In this document: in pieces, positions 46,537-56,171 of the stretch
Numbering within the stretch: the first letter of the stretch is position 1
Layout of the letters: the number at the start of each line of letters is the position of its first letter
Source: Deltaproteobacteria bacterium
GTDB lineage: Bacteria > Myxococcota_A > Polyangia > Fen-1088
DNA: 64,000 bases
Assembly: GCA_033763315.1 (NCBI GenBank)
Contig: JANRKS010000016.1
Span: forward strand, 32,001-96,000
Reading direction: 5' to 3'
Position numbers and translations under genes: made by a program
The notes under the pieces: model-generated
Databases searched by the model: none
Seen by the model: only the letters and a program-made list of their open reading frames with translations
What the model was told of the DNA's origin: nothing

Positions 46537-47760
46537 ATGAAGTTTGGTCGGCGCACTCTTTTGCAAGCGGCATTGGCAGGTTCCGTGGGCACGTTGGGCA
46601 AAGCCCACGCGTCGCTCAAGAAGATGAAGATCACGCGTGTGCGGTTTTACGAAGTGCCCGACGCCGGGCCACTGTTTAACCAAAGCATGCACATCGTTAC
46701 CGTCGAGACCGACGCCGGCATCACCGGCATTGGCGAGGGCGGCCATCACGATACCGTCATGCAATGTGCGGGCATGCTGATCGATCAAGATCCAAGCCGC
46801 ATTGAACATCTGTGGCAGTTGATGTTCCGCGGGTATTTTTATCCGGCGGGCCGAGAGAAACTGCATGGCCTCGGGGCCCTCGATTTGGCCTTGTGGGACA
46901 TCAAGGGCAAAGCTTTGGGGGTGCCTGTGCACCAGCTGATGGGCGGCTTGAGCCGTGATTACGTTGAGTGCTACAGCACCGGCTTTCCGATGCAGGGCAA
47001 GAGTGTGGAGAACACCGCGCGCGCTTGTATCAAGGCGGGTTTTCGCGCTTTCCGCACGGCGGTCACGGGGCCCTCGGAGAATTGGTCCACGTTCTCACAA
47101 CAAGCCTCTGTGGCCAAAACGATCGAGCATTGCAAAGAGATACGCAAAGGCGTGGGCCCGAGCGGCGATTGGGCGATCGATTACCACACGCGCATCGACT
47201 TTCCGGATGCCGTGCGGCTATCGAAGGGGCTCGAGCCATTGGAGCCGCTGTTTTGTGAAGATCTTGTGCGATCGGAGGCCCCTGCCGTCTACAAGCAACT
47301 GCGGCCGCTTGTGAAGGTGCCCATCGCTGTGGGTGAACAATTCGGCGCGCGTTGGGACATCAACGAGCTTGTGGAGCAGCACCTGATTGATTATTCGCGC
47401 GTCACCATTCCAAATGTGGGTGGCATCACCGAGATGCTCAAACTGGCGGCGTTGTGCGAAACGCACTATGTGGGCTTGGTGCCGCACTTTACCGGGCAAT
47501 GCAGCGTGGCGGCTCTGGTGCACGTGCTCGGCTGCTTTGGTGGCAACGCTTTGATGGAGATGGGGAAGGACGGCCCGCAGGCAAAGCCGCATTTGATTAA
47601 GTCGTGCGACTTTAAGAACGGCAAACTTTACCCCAACGATCGGCCGGGCCTGGGCGTGGAGGTGGATTTGTCAAAGCTAAAGATGACGGGCGAAGTCACC
47701 AAGGCCGCGAACGATTACCACGTATACAAGCGACCTGACGGCTCGTTCACCAATTGGTAG
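46537..47760 (+). CDS. Mandelate racemase/galactonate dehydratase-like enolase-superfamily enzyme with Tat signal
   Basis: GRRTLL...AHA signal, VETDAGITGIGE, DLALWDIKGK, metal ligands DYH/EDL/GEQ, GGITE, PH. Confidence 0.9.
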   Translation: MKFGRRTLLQAALAGSVGTLGKAHASLKKMKITRVRFYEVPDAGPLFNQSMHIVTVETDAGITGIGEGGHHDTVMQCAGMLIDQDPSRIEHLWQLMFRGYFYPAGREKLHGLGALDLALWDIKGKALGVPVHQLMGGLSRDYVECYSTGFPMQGKSVENTARACIKAGFRAFRTAVTGPSENWSTFSQQASVAKTIEHCKEIRKGVGPSGDWAIDYHTRIDFPDAVRLSKGLEPLEPLFCEDLVRSEAPAVYKQLRPLVKVPIAVGEQFGARWDINELVEQHLIDYSRVTIPNVGGITEMLKLAALCETHYVGLVPHFTGQCSVAALVHVLGCFGGNALMEMGKDGPQAKPHLIKSCDFKNGKLYPNDRPGLGVEVDLSKLKMTGEVTKAANDYHVYKRPDGSFTNW

Positions 47761-47761
47761 G

Positions 47762-49117
47762 TCAATGCCCAGCGGCGCTGGCACGCCGCTGTTCAGGGCT
47801 GGGATCGTTTTGGTTAAATGGCGCCAAGAAGGCAAGAACAACGGGCGGGATGGAAGCGAACAGCACCAACGTGAAAAACGTTTTGTAGCCGACGCTCTCT
47901 TGCAGAACGCCGCTGATCATTCCTGTGACCGTGCGGCACAGGCCCATGATGCCCGTGGCAAAAGCGTAATGCGCCGTTTGGTAAGGGCCCGGCGACACCT
48001 GTTGCATCATGTACAACATGTGTCCCACTGAACCGAACCCGAACCCGAATTTTTCAAGCGTTACAACGGCGCTGATCAAGAGCGTGCTGTGTGGCAACGC
48101 GTGGCTCAAGAAGAAGTAGGTGACGTGTGGCACGTTCAGTGCCAGCGCCAACACAACGAACGAACGGCGCAAGGTTAGCTTGGCGGCGAACAACCCGCCC
48201 AACAAAGCGCCCACGATGAAACCGAGTGTGCCATACGTGCCGTTGATCGCGCCAAGCGCGACGTTGTCTAGACCCAACCCGCCGACGCTACGTTGATCCA
48301 GCAGAAAGAGCGGCCCGATCTTCTCGATGAGGCCTTCGCCAAAGCGGTAAAAGAAGATCACGGCGATCATGATCCAAATGTCTTTCTTGGCGAAAAAGCT
48401 GGCGAAGGCGTCGATGAAGGTGCGGGCCGCGGCGGCCACGCTTGGCGGCGCGTCGGCCGAGCGGCTGCCCGTGGGCAACATGCGGCTGTGCCACAGCGAC
48501 GCCAACAACATAATCGCCGAGATGATGCCCATCACAATCATCCACGACTGCACCCAAGACAGCTGGCGGGTGCCATGAAGGTAGCCCGTCAACGACACCA
48601 ACAGGCCCGATGAAATGATGGCGCCCGCGTTCCAAAAGATCCCCTGCACGCCCACGTACGCCGCTTGCTCCTTGGGCGTGGTTGACGTGATGTACACGCC
48701 GTCAGCGGCGATGTCTTGCGTGGCTGAGGCGAAGCCGGTGATCCAAAACGCAGCCAAGGTCAGCGGCATGAAGCTGGGCAGCGGCAGCGCCAACGCCACG
48801 CAGCCCAAGCTCACCATCATGATCATCTCCATCGTGACAACGAAGAATTTCTTGCTGCGAAACATTTCGAGCAGCGGCGACCAAAACGGCTTAAGCGTCC
48901 ATGGCAGCGACATCAGGCCCGTGTGAAAAGCAATCGCGCTGTTGGAGACGCCCATGTTCTTGTACATGATGGCGGCCACGACGCTGACCGTGATCATGGG
49001 CGTGCCCATGGCGAAGTAAAGCGAGGGCACCCAGAGCAAGGGGTGTCGGCGGCGCGCCGCGGGCGGCGAGGCAGCGGTGGCAATAAGCGGCGAAGGGGCG
49101 GCCAGATCTGGGTTCAT
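47762..49117 (-). CDS. ampG: AmpG-family MFS muropeptide permease
   Basis: WVPSLYFAMG, LPWTLKPFWSP, SATQDIAADG, YRFGEG, TAHYAFATG. Confidence 0.85.
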   Translation of the reverse strand: MNPDLAAPSPLIATAASPPAARRRHPLLWVPSLYFAMGTPMITVSVVAAIMYKNMGVSNSAIAFHTGLMSLPWTLKPFWSPLLEMFRSKKFFVVTMEMIMMVSLGCVALALPLPSFMPLTLAAFWITGFASATQDIAADGVYITSTTPKEQAAYVGVQGIFWNAGAIISSGLLVSLTGYLHGTRQLSWVQSWMIVMGIISAIMLLASLWHSRMLPTGSRSADAPPSVAAAARTFIDAFASFFAKKDIWIMIAVIFFYRFGEGLIEKIGPLFLLDQRSVGGLGLDNVALGAINGTYGTLGFIVGALLGGLFAAKLTLRRSFVVLALALNVPHVTYFFLSHALPHSTLLISAVVTLEKFGFGFGSVGHMLYMMQQVSPGPYQTAHYAFATGIMGLCRTVTGMISGVLQESVGYKTFFTLVLFASIPPVVLAFLAPFNQNDPSPEQRRASAAGH

Positions 49118-49249
49118 GAGGGCTCCGGGTGCAGGCAAACGCAACAAAAGGTGAACACCAGGCGCCCCAAATGCGGGAAAGACCAGCCGCCCCCCAAGGA
49201 TGCCGGCCCCCGCTAACAGCGGCGATGCGATCTATGGCAATGTCTTCGC

Positions 49250-50032
49250 ATGGCGACGAGGACAAGAGTGAAGAGGTTGGCGCTGTGCGCCTTATTGCTT
49301 GGCGCATGCGAGGACGAGGACAGCAAGACGCCGACGGATGCCGCTGTTGTCACGGGTGGCAACGCCGACGCTGGCGGCAATGATGTGAAGGCAGCCATCG
49401 ACGCACCGGCAGACGCAGCCGCGGATGTGGCCACGGCTGACGCGGCTAATGACGCCCCCAGCGACACAGCACCTCTGCTCCCGGGCGCGGTAACGCCTTA
49501 CAACTACCTCAAAGCTGGCGACTCGCCCTTTGGCAACGTTGTATTCGATTGGTCTTACCTGGAAGACTTTGAGGATCACGTCTTCGATGTGCCGGGGGTG
49601 TCCACGGGTGGTGGCCGCCTTTCAAGCACGTTTGGCCCCACGCTCATTGACTCGGTCGATGGCGACGATGGCAACGTCAGCGATAACCGTTGCATTAAAT
49701 CAGTGGGCACCTGCGATGCGTGGTGGGGCGCGGGCTCGCTTCGTTTCACATTCAACGCAACTGTCTTGGGCAGCTTGCCCACCCATGTTGGCCTCGTGTG
49801 GACCGATGGTGGGGGCAAGGTTAGTTTCGAGGCCTTCGATGCCGAAGGCATATCCCTGTACAAGTTTGGCCCGTTTTCCGAGCCGGGTTTTCCCGACGAC
49901 ACTGTGAACAGTTCAACGGCTGAGGATCGCTTCTTCGGTGCCTATGCACCGGGGGGCATAGGCAGCGTGCTGATCTCCAACACCGCGGGTGGGATCGAGA
50001 TCGATCACTTGCAATACGGCAAGCGACGCTGA
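49250..50032 (+). CDS. Hypothetical lipoprotein with Asp/Ala-rich linker and beta-rich extracellular domain
   Basis: Lipobox LGAC; DSPF...LEDFED...DSVDGDDG...LPTHVGLVWTD...EDRFFG...EIDHLQYG. Confidence 0.8.
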   Translation: MATRTRVKRLALCALLLGACEDEDSKTPTDAAVVTGGNADAGGNDVKAAIDAPADAAADVATADAANDAPSDTAPLLPGAVTPYNYLKAGDSPFGNVVFDWSYLEDFEDHVFDVPGVSTGGGRLSSTFGPTLIDSVDGDDGNVSDNRCIKSVGTCDAWWGAGSLRFTFNATVLGSLPTHVGLVWTDGGGKVSFEAFDAEGISLYKFGPFSEPGFPDDTVNSSTAEDRFFGAYAPGGIGSVLISNTAGGIEIDHLQYGKRR

Positions 50033-50117
50033 CAAAATATCCATTCCTTCTGGGTTTTGGCCTCAAAAGTCCATATCGCCCGTCAACCTGGACGGCAGGC
50101 ATCGTTAGACTACGATC

Positions 50118-52037
50118 ATGTCGGCAGCCAAAGATTCCCTGGGAATGCAGTCTCGAATCGCGCGACGCGACTTCCTTAACCACACGTTGGTTGGGTCAGG
50201 AGCTGCCCTGCTGGGCGGGCTCAACCCCCGTCAGGCTTTGGGGCAAGGGCTGGGCTGGGAAGGCTTTTCAGGCGTCGGAGACTATAAGGACGCCAACGGC
50301 AACACCGAGCCCGTGATCAACGGCGCCCACTCAATGCGCGACGGCAACTACGATCAGTCGCCGGCAGACACTGAAGATCTGAGCGAGACCTACGACTTGG
50401 TTGTTGTGGGTGGGGGCATCGCGGGCTTGACAGCCGCCTTGCTGGCGCGGGCGCGGCACAAGCAGCCCTTGCGTATCTTGATCCTCGAGAACCATCCGAT
50501 CTTTGGCGGCGAGGCTCGTCGCAATGATTTCATCGTCGACGGCGTTCGGTTGGAGGCACCCCAGGGCTCCAACTTTTTGACCACGCAAAGGCCAGGAAAC
50601 CTAATCGATCAAGTCTACAAGGCGATCGATCTCGATCCGCATTCCTTCACTTACCAAGACTGGAAGGGCCCCGAGCCGAAGCTCAAACTAAGCCGTCACA
50701 ACTACGAGCAGCTGTTCTCAATGAAGCAGAACTTCGGCTTTTATTTTGGCGGGCGGTTCGGCCAACCAGATGGCCTGTGGGTCAAAGACCCCATGAACAA
50801 CTTGGGCAAGTGCCCGTGGCCAGCATCGCTGGGCGACGACATGACCAAGTTTGCGGCGTTCACGAAAAAAGGCTGGGCCCACAAGGACTGGCATGATCTC
50901 ACGCCGCACGAAGAAGCTCATCTGGACGGGATCACCGACGAACAACGCTGGCAGGAACAAGCTGGCATGTCGGTGGAAGGCATTCGCACGATCGTTTCGC
51001 CGATGGTCGCGCAAATGGTGGGTCTTGGCGCCGACGCGGTGTCAGGGCTCTATATGTATACATGGCACAAATCCCAAGGTGACGATCCCGATCCCAACGA
51101 TCCCGAGAGCGAGCACTGTTTCCCCGGCGGCAACGCAGGCGTAACACGTCATCTAGTGAAAGCCCTGATCCCTGATTCGATCGAAGGGCCTGCCACGCTG
51201 TCCGGCATTTGGAAAGGGCGCGTTCGTTTTGGCGCGCTTGATCGAAAAGGAGCACCCGTGCAACTGCGCGTGGGCTCGATGGTTGTTCGCGTGGAGCACG
51301 ATGGTGAACCAGCGAAGGCCGAACGCGTTTTGGTGACCTACGCGAAGAATGGCAAGACCTACCGCGTTCGCGCCCGCGCGACGATCATGGCTGGCGGCGG
51401 GTGGGCGGCGCGACGTGCAATTCGTGACTTGCCGAAGAGCCACAAAGACGCGTACGGAACGTTTTCGTATTCAGCGTTCTTGGTTGCCAACGTCGCGGTT
51501 CGCAATTGGCGGTACCTGCACAAGATGGGCCTGATGGGCGGCCGTTGGTTCGAAGGTTTTGGCCACTGGACTGAGGTTCGCACGCACGCCAAGTTCGCCG
51601 CCGCGCGACCCACGATCGGTCCCGATTCGCCAACCGTGCTCACCTTCTATCATCCGATGATGTATCCGGGGTCCGGCCTTTCGGCGCGCGACCAAGGAAC
51701 CCGAGGTCGCACCGAACTTATAGGCACGCCGTATGTGGCTTTCGAGAAATCGATCCGCGAGCATCTGACGCAGTTGTTTGGGCGCGCGGGCTTCAATGCC
51801 AAGCGCGACATCGCCGGCATCGTGCTTAACCGTTGGGGCCACGCGTTTGTGACCCCGGCGCCCGGCTTCTTCGTTGGCAGAAACGGTGCACCCGCACCGC
51901 GCGATGTGCTTCGCAAAACCCCGCATGGCCGCATTGCCTTTTCGCACGGCGATCTCGCCGGCACGGTGAACCACATGCATTCGATCACCGAGAGCAGCCG
52001 CGCGGTGGATCAAGTGTTGCGTGTGCTGCAGGCGTAA
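50118..52037 (+). CDS. Spermidine dehydrogenase (SpdH)-like Tat-exported FAD oxidoreductase
   Basis: IARRDFLN, AHSMRDG, VVGGGIAG, ENHPIFGGEARRN, FPGGNAG, RDIAGIVLNRWGH. Confidence 0.82.
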   Translation: MSAAKDSLGMQSRIARRDFLNHTLVGSGAALLGGLNPRQALGQGLGWEGFSGVGDYKDANGNTEPVINGAHSMRDGNYDQSPADTEDLSETYDLVVVGGGIAGLTAALLARARHKQPLRILILENHPIFGGEARRNDFIVDGVRLEAPQGSNFLTTQRPGNLIDQVYKAIDLDPHSFTYQDWKGPEPKLKLSRHNYEQLFSMKQNFGFYFGGRFGQPDGLWVKDPMNNLGKCPWPASLGDDMTKFAAFTKKGWAHKDWHDLTPHEEAHLDGITDEQRWQEQAGMSVEGIRTIVSPMVAQMVGLGADAVSGLYMYTWHKSQGDDPDPNDPESEHCFPGGNAGVTRHLVKALIPDSIEGPATLSGIWKGRVRFGALDRKGAPVQLRVGSMVVRVEHDGEPAKAERVLVTYAKNGKTYRVRARATIMAGGGWAARRAIRDLPKSHKDAYGTFSYSAFLVANVAVRNWRYLHKMGLMGGRWFEGFGHWTEVRTHAKFAAARPTIGPDSPTVLTFYHPMMYPGSGLSARDQGTRGRTELIGTPYVAFEKSIREHLTQLFGRAGFNAKRDIAGIVLNRWGHAFVTPAPGFFVGRNGAPAPRDVLRKTPHGRIAFSHGDLAGTVNHMHSITESSRAVDQVLRVLQA

Positions 52038-52049
52038 CGATTTACGCCA

Positions 52050-52763
52050 TCAGGGGCAAAGCAGTTCGCGTAGAAACTCTGTGCTCGGATGCGCGGCCAC
52101 ATCCGGCAAGGGGCCTTGCTGCACCACGCGGCCGGCCGCCAGGGCCACAACCCAAGCGTCGTTCGTCGCAAAGGCTTGCACGTCACGAACGTCATGCGTG
52201 ACAACCAACGTGGCGCGCGTGCGCATCTGCTCTGCAAGCCAACTTCGCAAACCGGCGCGCGTGCCCAGATCGATCGCAGACAACGGTTCATCCAAGAGCA
52301 AAACGCGTGCGTCAGCCGCAAGCGCGCGCGCTAAAGCCACGCGTTGGCTTTCGCCCCCCGAAAGCGTGTGCGGCATTTGGTGCGCCAAGGCCTCGACATG
52401 CGCCTCTCGCAAAGCGGCCCGCGCAAGCGCTCTTGCCTGAGCAAGCTTGGCGCCGCGCGCGCGTGGCCCGAAAGCGACGTTATCCAGCACATTAAGATGT
52501 GAGAACAACGTGCGTTGCTGCGGCAAGTGCCCCACCAAACGATCTTCGGGCGGCGGCGAGCGGCGTTTGTCTCGCGCCATAAGCACGCGCCCCTGCACCT
52601 GCACCTCGCCGTTGATAGGTAGATCTGCGCCGGCGATCGCGCGCACCAATGTGCTTTTTCCCGCGCCATTTTCACCCACGACCACAAGCACGCGGCATGC
52701 GGTTGCAATCTGCACGTCGAACGTCAGACGCCCCAGTTGGCCCTGCAGCGCCACGTTCCACAT
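52050..52763 (-). CDS. modC: Molybdate ABC transporter ATP-binding subunit
   Basis: GENGAGKS, LSGGE, LLDEP, VTHD; TGATG overlap with modB. Confidence 0.88.
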   Translation of the reverse strand: MWNVALQGQLGRLTFDVQIATACRVLVVVGENGAGKSTLVRAIAGADLPINGEVQVQGRVLMARDKRRSPPPEDRLVGHLPQQRTLFSHLNVLDNVAFGPRARGAKLAQARALARAALREAHVEALAHQMPHTLSGGESQRVALARALAADARVLLLDEPLSAIDLGTRAGLRSWLAEQMRTRATLVVTHDVRDVQAFATNDAWVVALAAGRVVQQGPLPDVAAHPSTEFLRELLCP

Positions 52764-53557
52764 CAGCGAGCGCCTCGCTGCAATGCCCACGCCAGCACGC
52801 GGCCCACCGCCACGCCAAGCAACGCCAACCCAACCAACACCAGCGCCAGCGCCTTGGCCAAACCCACGTCGCTTTCAAGCGCCGCGTAGATCGCCAACGG
52901 CATCGTTTGCGTGCGGCCCGGCAGATTTCCCGCGAAGAACAGCGTGGCGCCAAACTCGCCCAAGGCGCGCGCCCAAGCCATCGCGGCGCCCGACATCAAC
53001 GCCGGCAATGCCAATGGCACAAGCACATGCGTGAACACGCGGCGTTGCGACGCGCCCAGCGTGCGCGCCACAAGCAGCGCATCATCATCGATCGCTGCGA
53101 AGCCCAGTTGCGCGGCGGCCACAAAAAATGGCACCGCCACGATCGTTTGCGCCAACACCACCGCGGTGGTGGTAAACGCCACGTGAATGCCGGCGCGAGC
53201 GAACCAGCCTCCCAGCACCCCTTGAGAGCCGAACGCCAGCAGCAAAGCGAAGCCCATCACCGCCGGGGGAAGCAGCACAGGCAAACGCAACAAACCGGTT
53301 ATCGCCTTGACCAGGTTCGAGTTGTGTTTGCGCGACAACCACCAAGCCAACGGCGTTCCCGCGGCGATGATGAGCGCCAGGCTGATCGATGTGGTCTTCA
53401 AACTCACCAACAACGCCTGCAACAACGCGGGTGAACGCCACGCCGCAATCACATCAGCGAGCGAGGCGGACCACACCATCGCCAATAGCGGCAACGCCAA
53501 CAGCGCCACCAAGAGGGCCGCCAGCGTGCGGCCTCCTTGTCGCAGCCACGTGTTCAT
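52763..53557 (-). CDS. modB: Molybdate ABC transporter permease
   Basis: LPVLLPPAVMG, ARTLGA, WARALGEFGAT, GRTQTMPLAIY. Confidence 0.92.
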   Translation of the reverse strand: MNTWLRQGGRTLAALLVALLALPLLAMVWSASLADVIAAWRSPALLQALLVSLKTTSISLALIIAAGTPLAWWLSRKHNSNLVKAITGLLRLPVLLPPAVMGFALLLAFGSQGVLGGWFARAGIHVAFTTTAVVLAQTIVAVPFFVAAAQLGFAAIDDDALLVARTLGASQRRVFTHVLVPLALPALMSGAAMAWARALGEFGATLFFAGNLPGRTQTMPLAIYAALESDVGLAKALALVLVGLALLGVAVGRVLAWALQRGAR

Positions 53558-54333
53558 GGCGCGTCCACGGCCAAAAAGCCGCGCTTGCGCAAGAGCGCCT
53601 GACCTTGTGACGATAACAAGAAACGCATGAACGCACCCGTCGACTGCAGCGTATGCGTGCGCAAGACCTTGGCGACGACGTACCGCGTGGGCGCGACCAA
53701 CGCCTCGGGCAACGCGATCGCTTTTGCACCACCGCCCTCGCGCACATCCGTGTTGTAAACAAAGGCCGCATCGACTTCGCCCAGTTGCACCTTCGCCAAC
53801 GCCAAGCGCACATTCGCTTCGTAAGAAATCACATGCCGGTTCACGGCGTCCACGAACTCGTCGCCGTACGTTTCTCGCGCGCGCTCAAGCAACTCTTTGG
53901 TGTAGGCGCCAATCGGAACATTGGGGGCGCCCATCACAATGCGCGGTGTGCGCGCCAGATCTTCAAAGCCTTCGACATTGGCGGGATTGTTCCGCGGCAC
54001 CGCAATCACCAAGGTGTTTTGCGCAAACACCGCCACGTCATCCACCCTGCCCGCTTGCACCAACGCGTCCATTTGCGCTTCGTTGGCGGACGCAAAGACA
54101 TCGGCCGGCGCTCCTTGTTCGATTTGCAGGCGCAGCACCTGGCTGCCCGCAAAGTTCAGCAGCACCGTGACCTCGGGATGCTGCGCTTCGAACGCCGCCG
54201 CCACGTCTGTAAATCCTTCCGTCAACGACGACGCGGCCAGCACGCGTAGCTCTTCATGCACGACCGGCGTTTGCTTGTGGCACGCGCCGAGGCTCAGCCA
54301 GCCGAACGTGATCCAGGCCAACCCGCGCCACAT
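53554..54333 (-). CDS. modA: Molybdate ABC transporter substrate-binding lipoprotein
   Basis: Lipobox LGAC, AASSLT, FAGSQVLRLQIEQGAPADVFASA, VPIGAY, VYNTD. Confidence 0.92.
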   Translation of the reverse strand: MWRGLAWITFGWLSLGACHKQTPVVHEELRVLAASSLTEGFTDVAAAFEAQHPEVTVLLNFAGSQVLRLQIEQGAPADVFASANEAQMDALVQAGRVDDVAVFAQNTLVIAVPRNNPANVEGFEDLARTPRIVMGAPNVPIGAYTKELLERARETYGDEFVDAVNRHVISYEANVRLALAKVQLGEVDAAFVYNTDVREGGGAKAIALPEALVAPTRYVVAKVLRTHTLQSTGAFMRFLLSSQGQALLRKRGFLAVDAP

Positions 54334-54340
54334 GCCATCC

Positions 54341-56080
54341 CTACATTTGTTGCGGGGCACCGATGCCAAGCAGGCTCAGCCCCTGCGCTAACACGCGCGC
54401 CGTAAGCCCACACAAAGCCAAGCGCGAACTGCGCGTGTCGCCCTCAGACTTTAACACCGGGCACTTTTCGTAAAACCCGCTGAACAAGCTGGCCAAGTCA
54501 TAAAGGTAGAGGCACACGCGGTGCGGCTGCAACGATTCGGCGGTTTTTTCCACCACGCTGCCGAAGCCCAGCAAGTGCAAGCCCAGCGCTCTTTCTTCGG
54601 GCGCTGCCAAGGTCACTTGCAAGTTGGTTTCTTCGCCGTTCGCCAGGCCCGCTTTGCGCAAGATCGAACGAATGCGCGCGTGCGCGTACATCAGATAGGG
54701 TGCCGTGTTGCCTTCGAAGGCCAGCATGCGATCCCAATCAAACACATAGTCTTTGATGCGATCGTTAGACAGATCGGCGTACTTGATGGCGCCCAATCCG
54801 ACTTGCTCGGCGATCTGTTGCTGCTCTGTCGCTGGCAACTCCGGCGATTTTTCAGACACCACCTTGCGGGCACGCTCGATCGCTTCATCGCACAGCGACG
54901 ACAAGCTGATGGAGTCACCCGAGCGGGTTTTATACATCTTTTTGTCTTGGCCAAGCACCGAACCAAAAGCCACGTGCTCAAGACGCAGCGAGGGTGGCGC
55001 CCAGCCCGCCAAGCGCGCCACCGCAAACACCATCGCCAAGTGTTGGCTTTGCGGCGCGCCCACCACGATGATGATGCGAGCCGCGTGCAATGTGTTTACG
55101 CGGTAGCGCACGGCCGCAAGATCGGTGGTGGCATAACCATAACCACCGTCTTGTTTACGCACGATCAGCGGCACGGGCTCGCCTTCACGACCCGTAAAGC
55201 CTTCCGGAAACACGCACATCGCGTTTTCGCTTTCACGCGCCAAACCCAGCGCCTGCAGATCAGATACGACCGCAGGCAGATCGGCATTGTAGGCACTTTC
55301 CCCTCGCACATCCGCGGGCCCAAGGGTGATGCCCATGCGCTGGTATTGCGACGTCATGTAGTCAACAGACGCGTCGACGAGGCGCCGCCACAGGCGCAAC
55401 GTCTCGGCGTCACCCTGCTGCAACAACACCACACGCTGACGAGCACGCTCGGCAAACGCAGGGTCGGCATCGAACTTGGCGCGCGCCGCTTTGTAGAGCA
55501 GCACCAAGGCACGCACGCTGTCGTCGTTGCCGGTTTGTTGTTCGTCCAGCATGTGCTCGATCAACATGCCGAACGGCGTGCCCCAATCACCGATGTGGTT
55601 TTGGCGAATAACGTTGTGGCCCAAGAACGACAACAAACGCACGATCGCGTCGCCGATGATCGTGCTGCGCAAATGCCCCACGTGCATCTCTTTGGCGACG
55701 TTGGGCGAGGAGTAATCCACCACCACGTTCTCGGGCGCGAGCACGGGCGGCACGCCCAAGCGTTCGTCCGCCGCCATTTGGTTCACCACGCGGTTGAGGA
55801 ACGCAGGCTGCAGGGTGATGTTGATAAATCCCGGCCCCGACACGTCCACGGCGGCGATCACATCGTCGGACGGCAAATGCGCCACCAAAGCTGTGGCCAC
55901 ATCGCGCGGGCTGCGCTTGAGCTTGCGGGCCAACGCCATTGCCACATCGGCTTGGTAATCCGCATGGGCTGACCGGTGAATGGCGGGATCGGCGCCGACG
56001 CCATCGCCACCAAAGGCGGCAGACAAGGCCGCCGCAAAACGCTCGCGCAGAAAATTATGGGGATCGATCACAAGGCCCAA
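54341..56080 (-). CDS. argS: Arginine--tRNA ligase
   Basis: GPGFIN, DYSSPNVAKEMHVGHLRST, GDWGTPFG, YATTDLA, GNTAPYLMYAHAR; start TTG 56080 or GTG 56071. Confidence 0.97.
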   Translation of the reverse strand: MGLVIDPHNFLRERFAAALSAAFGGDGVGADPAIHRSAHADYQADVAMALARKLKRSPRDVATALVAHLPSDDVIAAVDVSGPGFINITLQPAFLNRVVNQMAADERLGVPPVLAPENVVVDYSSPNVAKEMHVGHLRSTIIGDAIVRLLSFLGHNVIRQNHIGDWGTPFGMLIEHMLDEQQTGNDDSVRALVLLYKAARAKFDADPAFAERARQRVVLLQQGDAETLRLWRRLVDASVDYMTSQYQRMGITLGPADVRGESAYNADLPAVVSDLQALGLARESENAMCVFPEGFTGREGEPVPLIVRKQDGGYGYATTDLAAVRYRVNTLHAARIIIVVGAPQSQHLAMVFAVARLAGWAPPSLRLEHVAFGSVLGQDKKMYKTRSGDSISLSSLCDEAIERARKVVSEKSPELPATEQQQIAEQVGLGAIKYADLSNDRIKDYVFDWDRMLAFEGNTAPYLMYAHARIRSILRKAGLANGEETNLQVTLAAPEERALGLHLLGFGSVVEKTAESLQPHRVCLYLYDLASLFSGFYEKCPVLKSEGDTRSSRLALCGLTARVLAQGLSLLGIGAPQQM

Positions 56081-56171
56081 GTCGTACCATTTGTGGCCCG
56101 CGCTTGCACCATCCCTGCTTCATCGCACGAATGGGCATTGCAAAGCGGGCATAGTGTGCTGAGTTTGCGGG

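Noticed and set aside
54521-55972. Long antisense ORFs (e.g. 54521..55972+, 58561..59796-, 56055..57110-, 40282..41073+)
   Set aside because: Shadows of argS, ilvB, yegD and the kinase, expected from high-GC codon bias; no recognisable motifs
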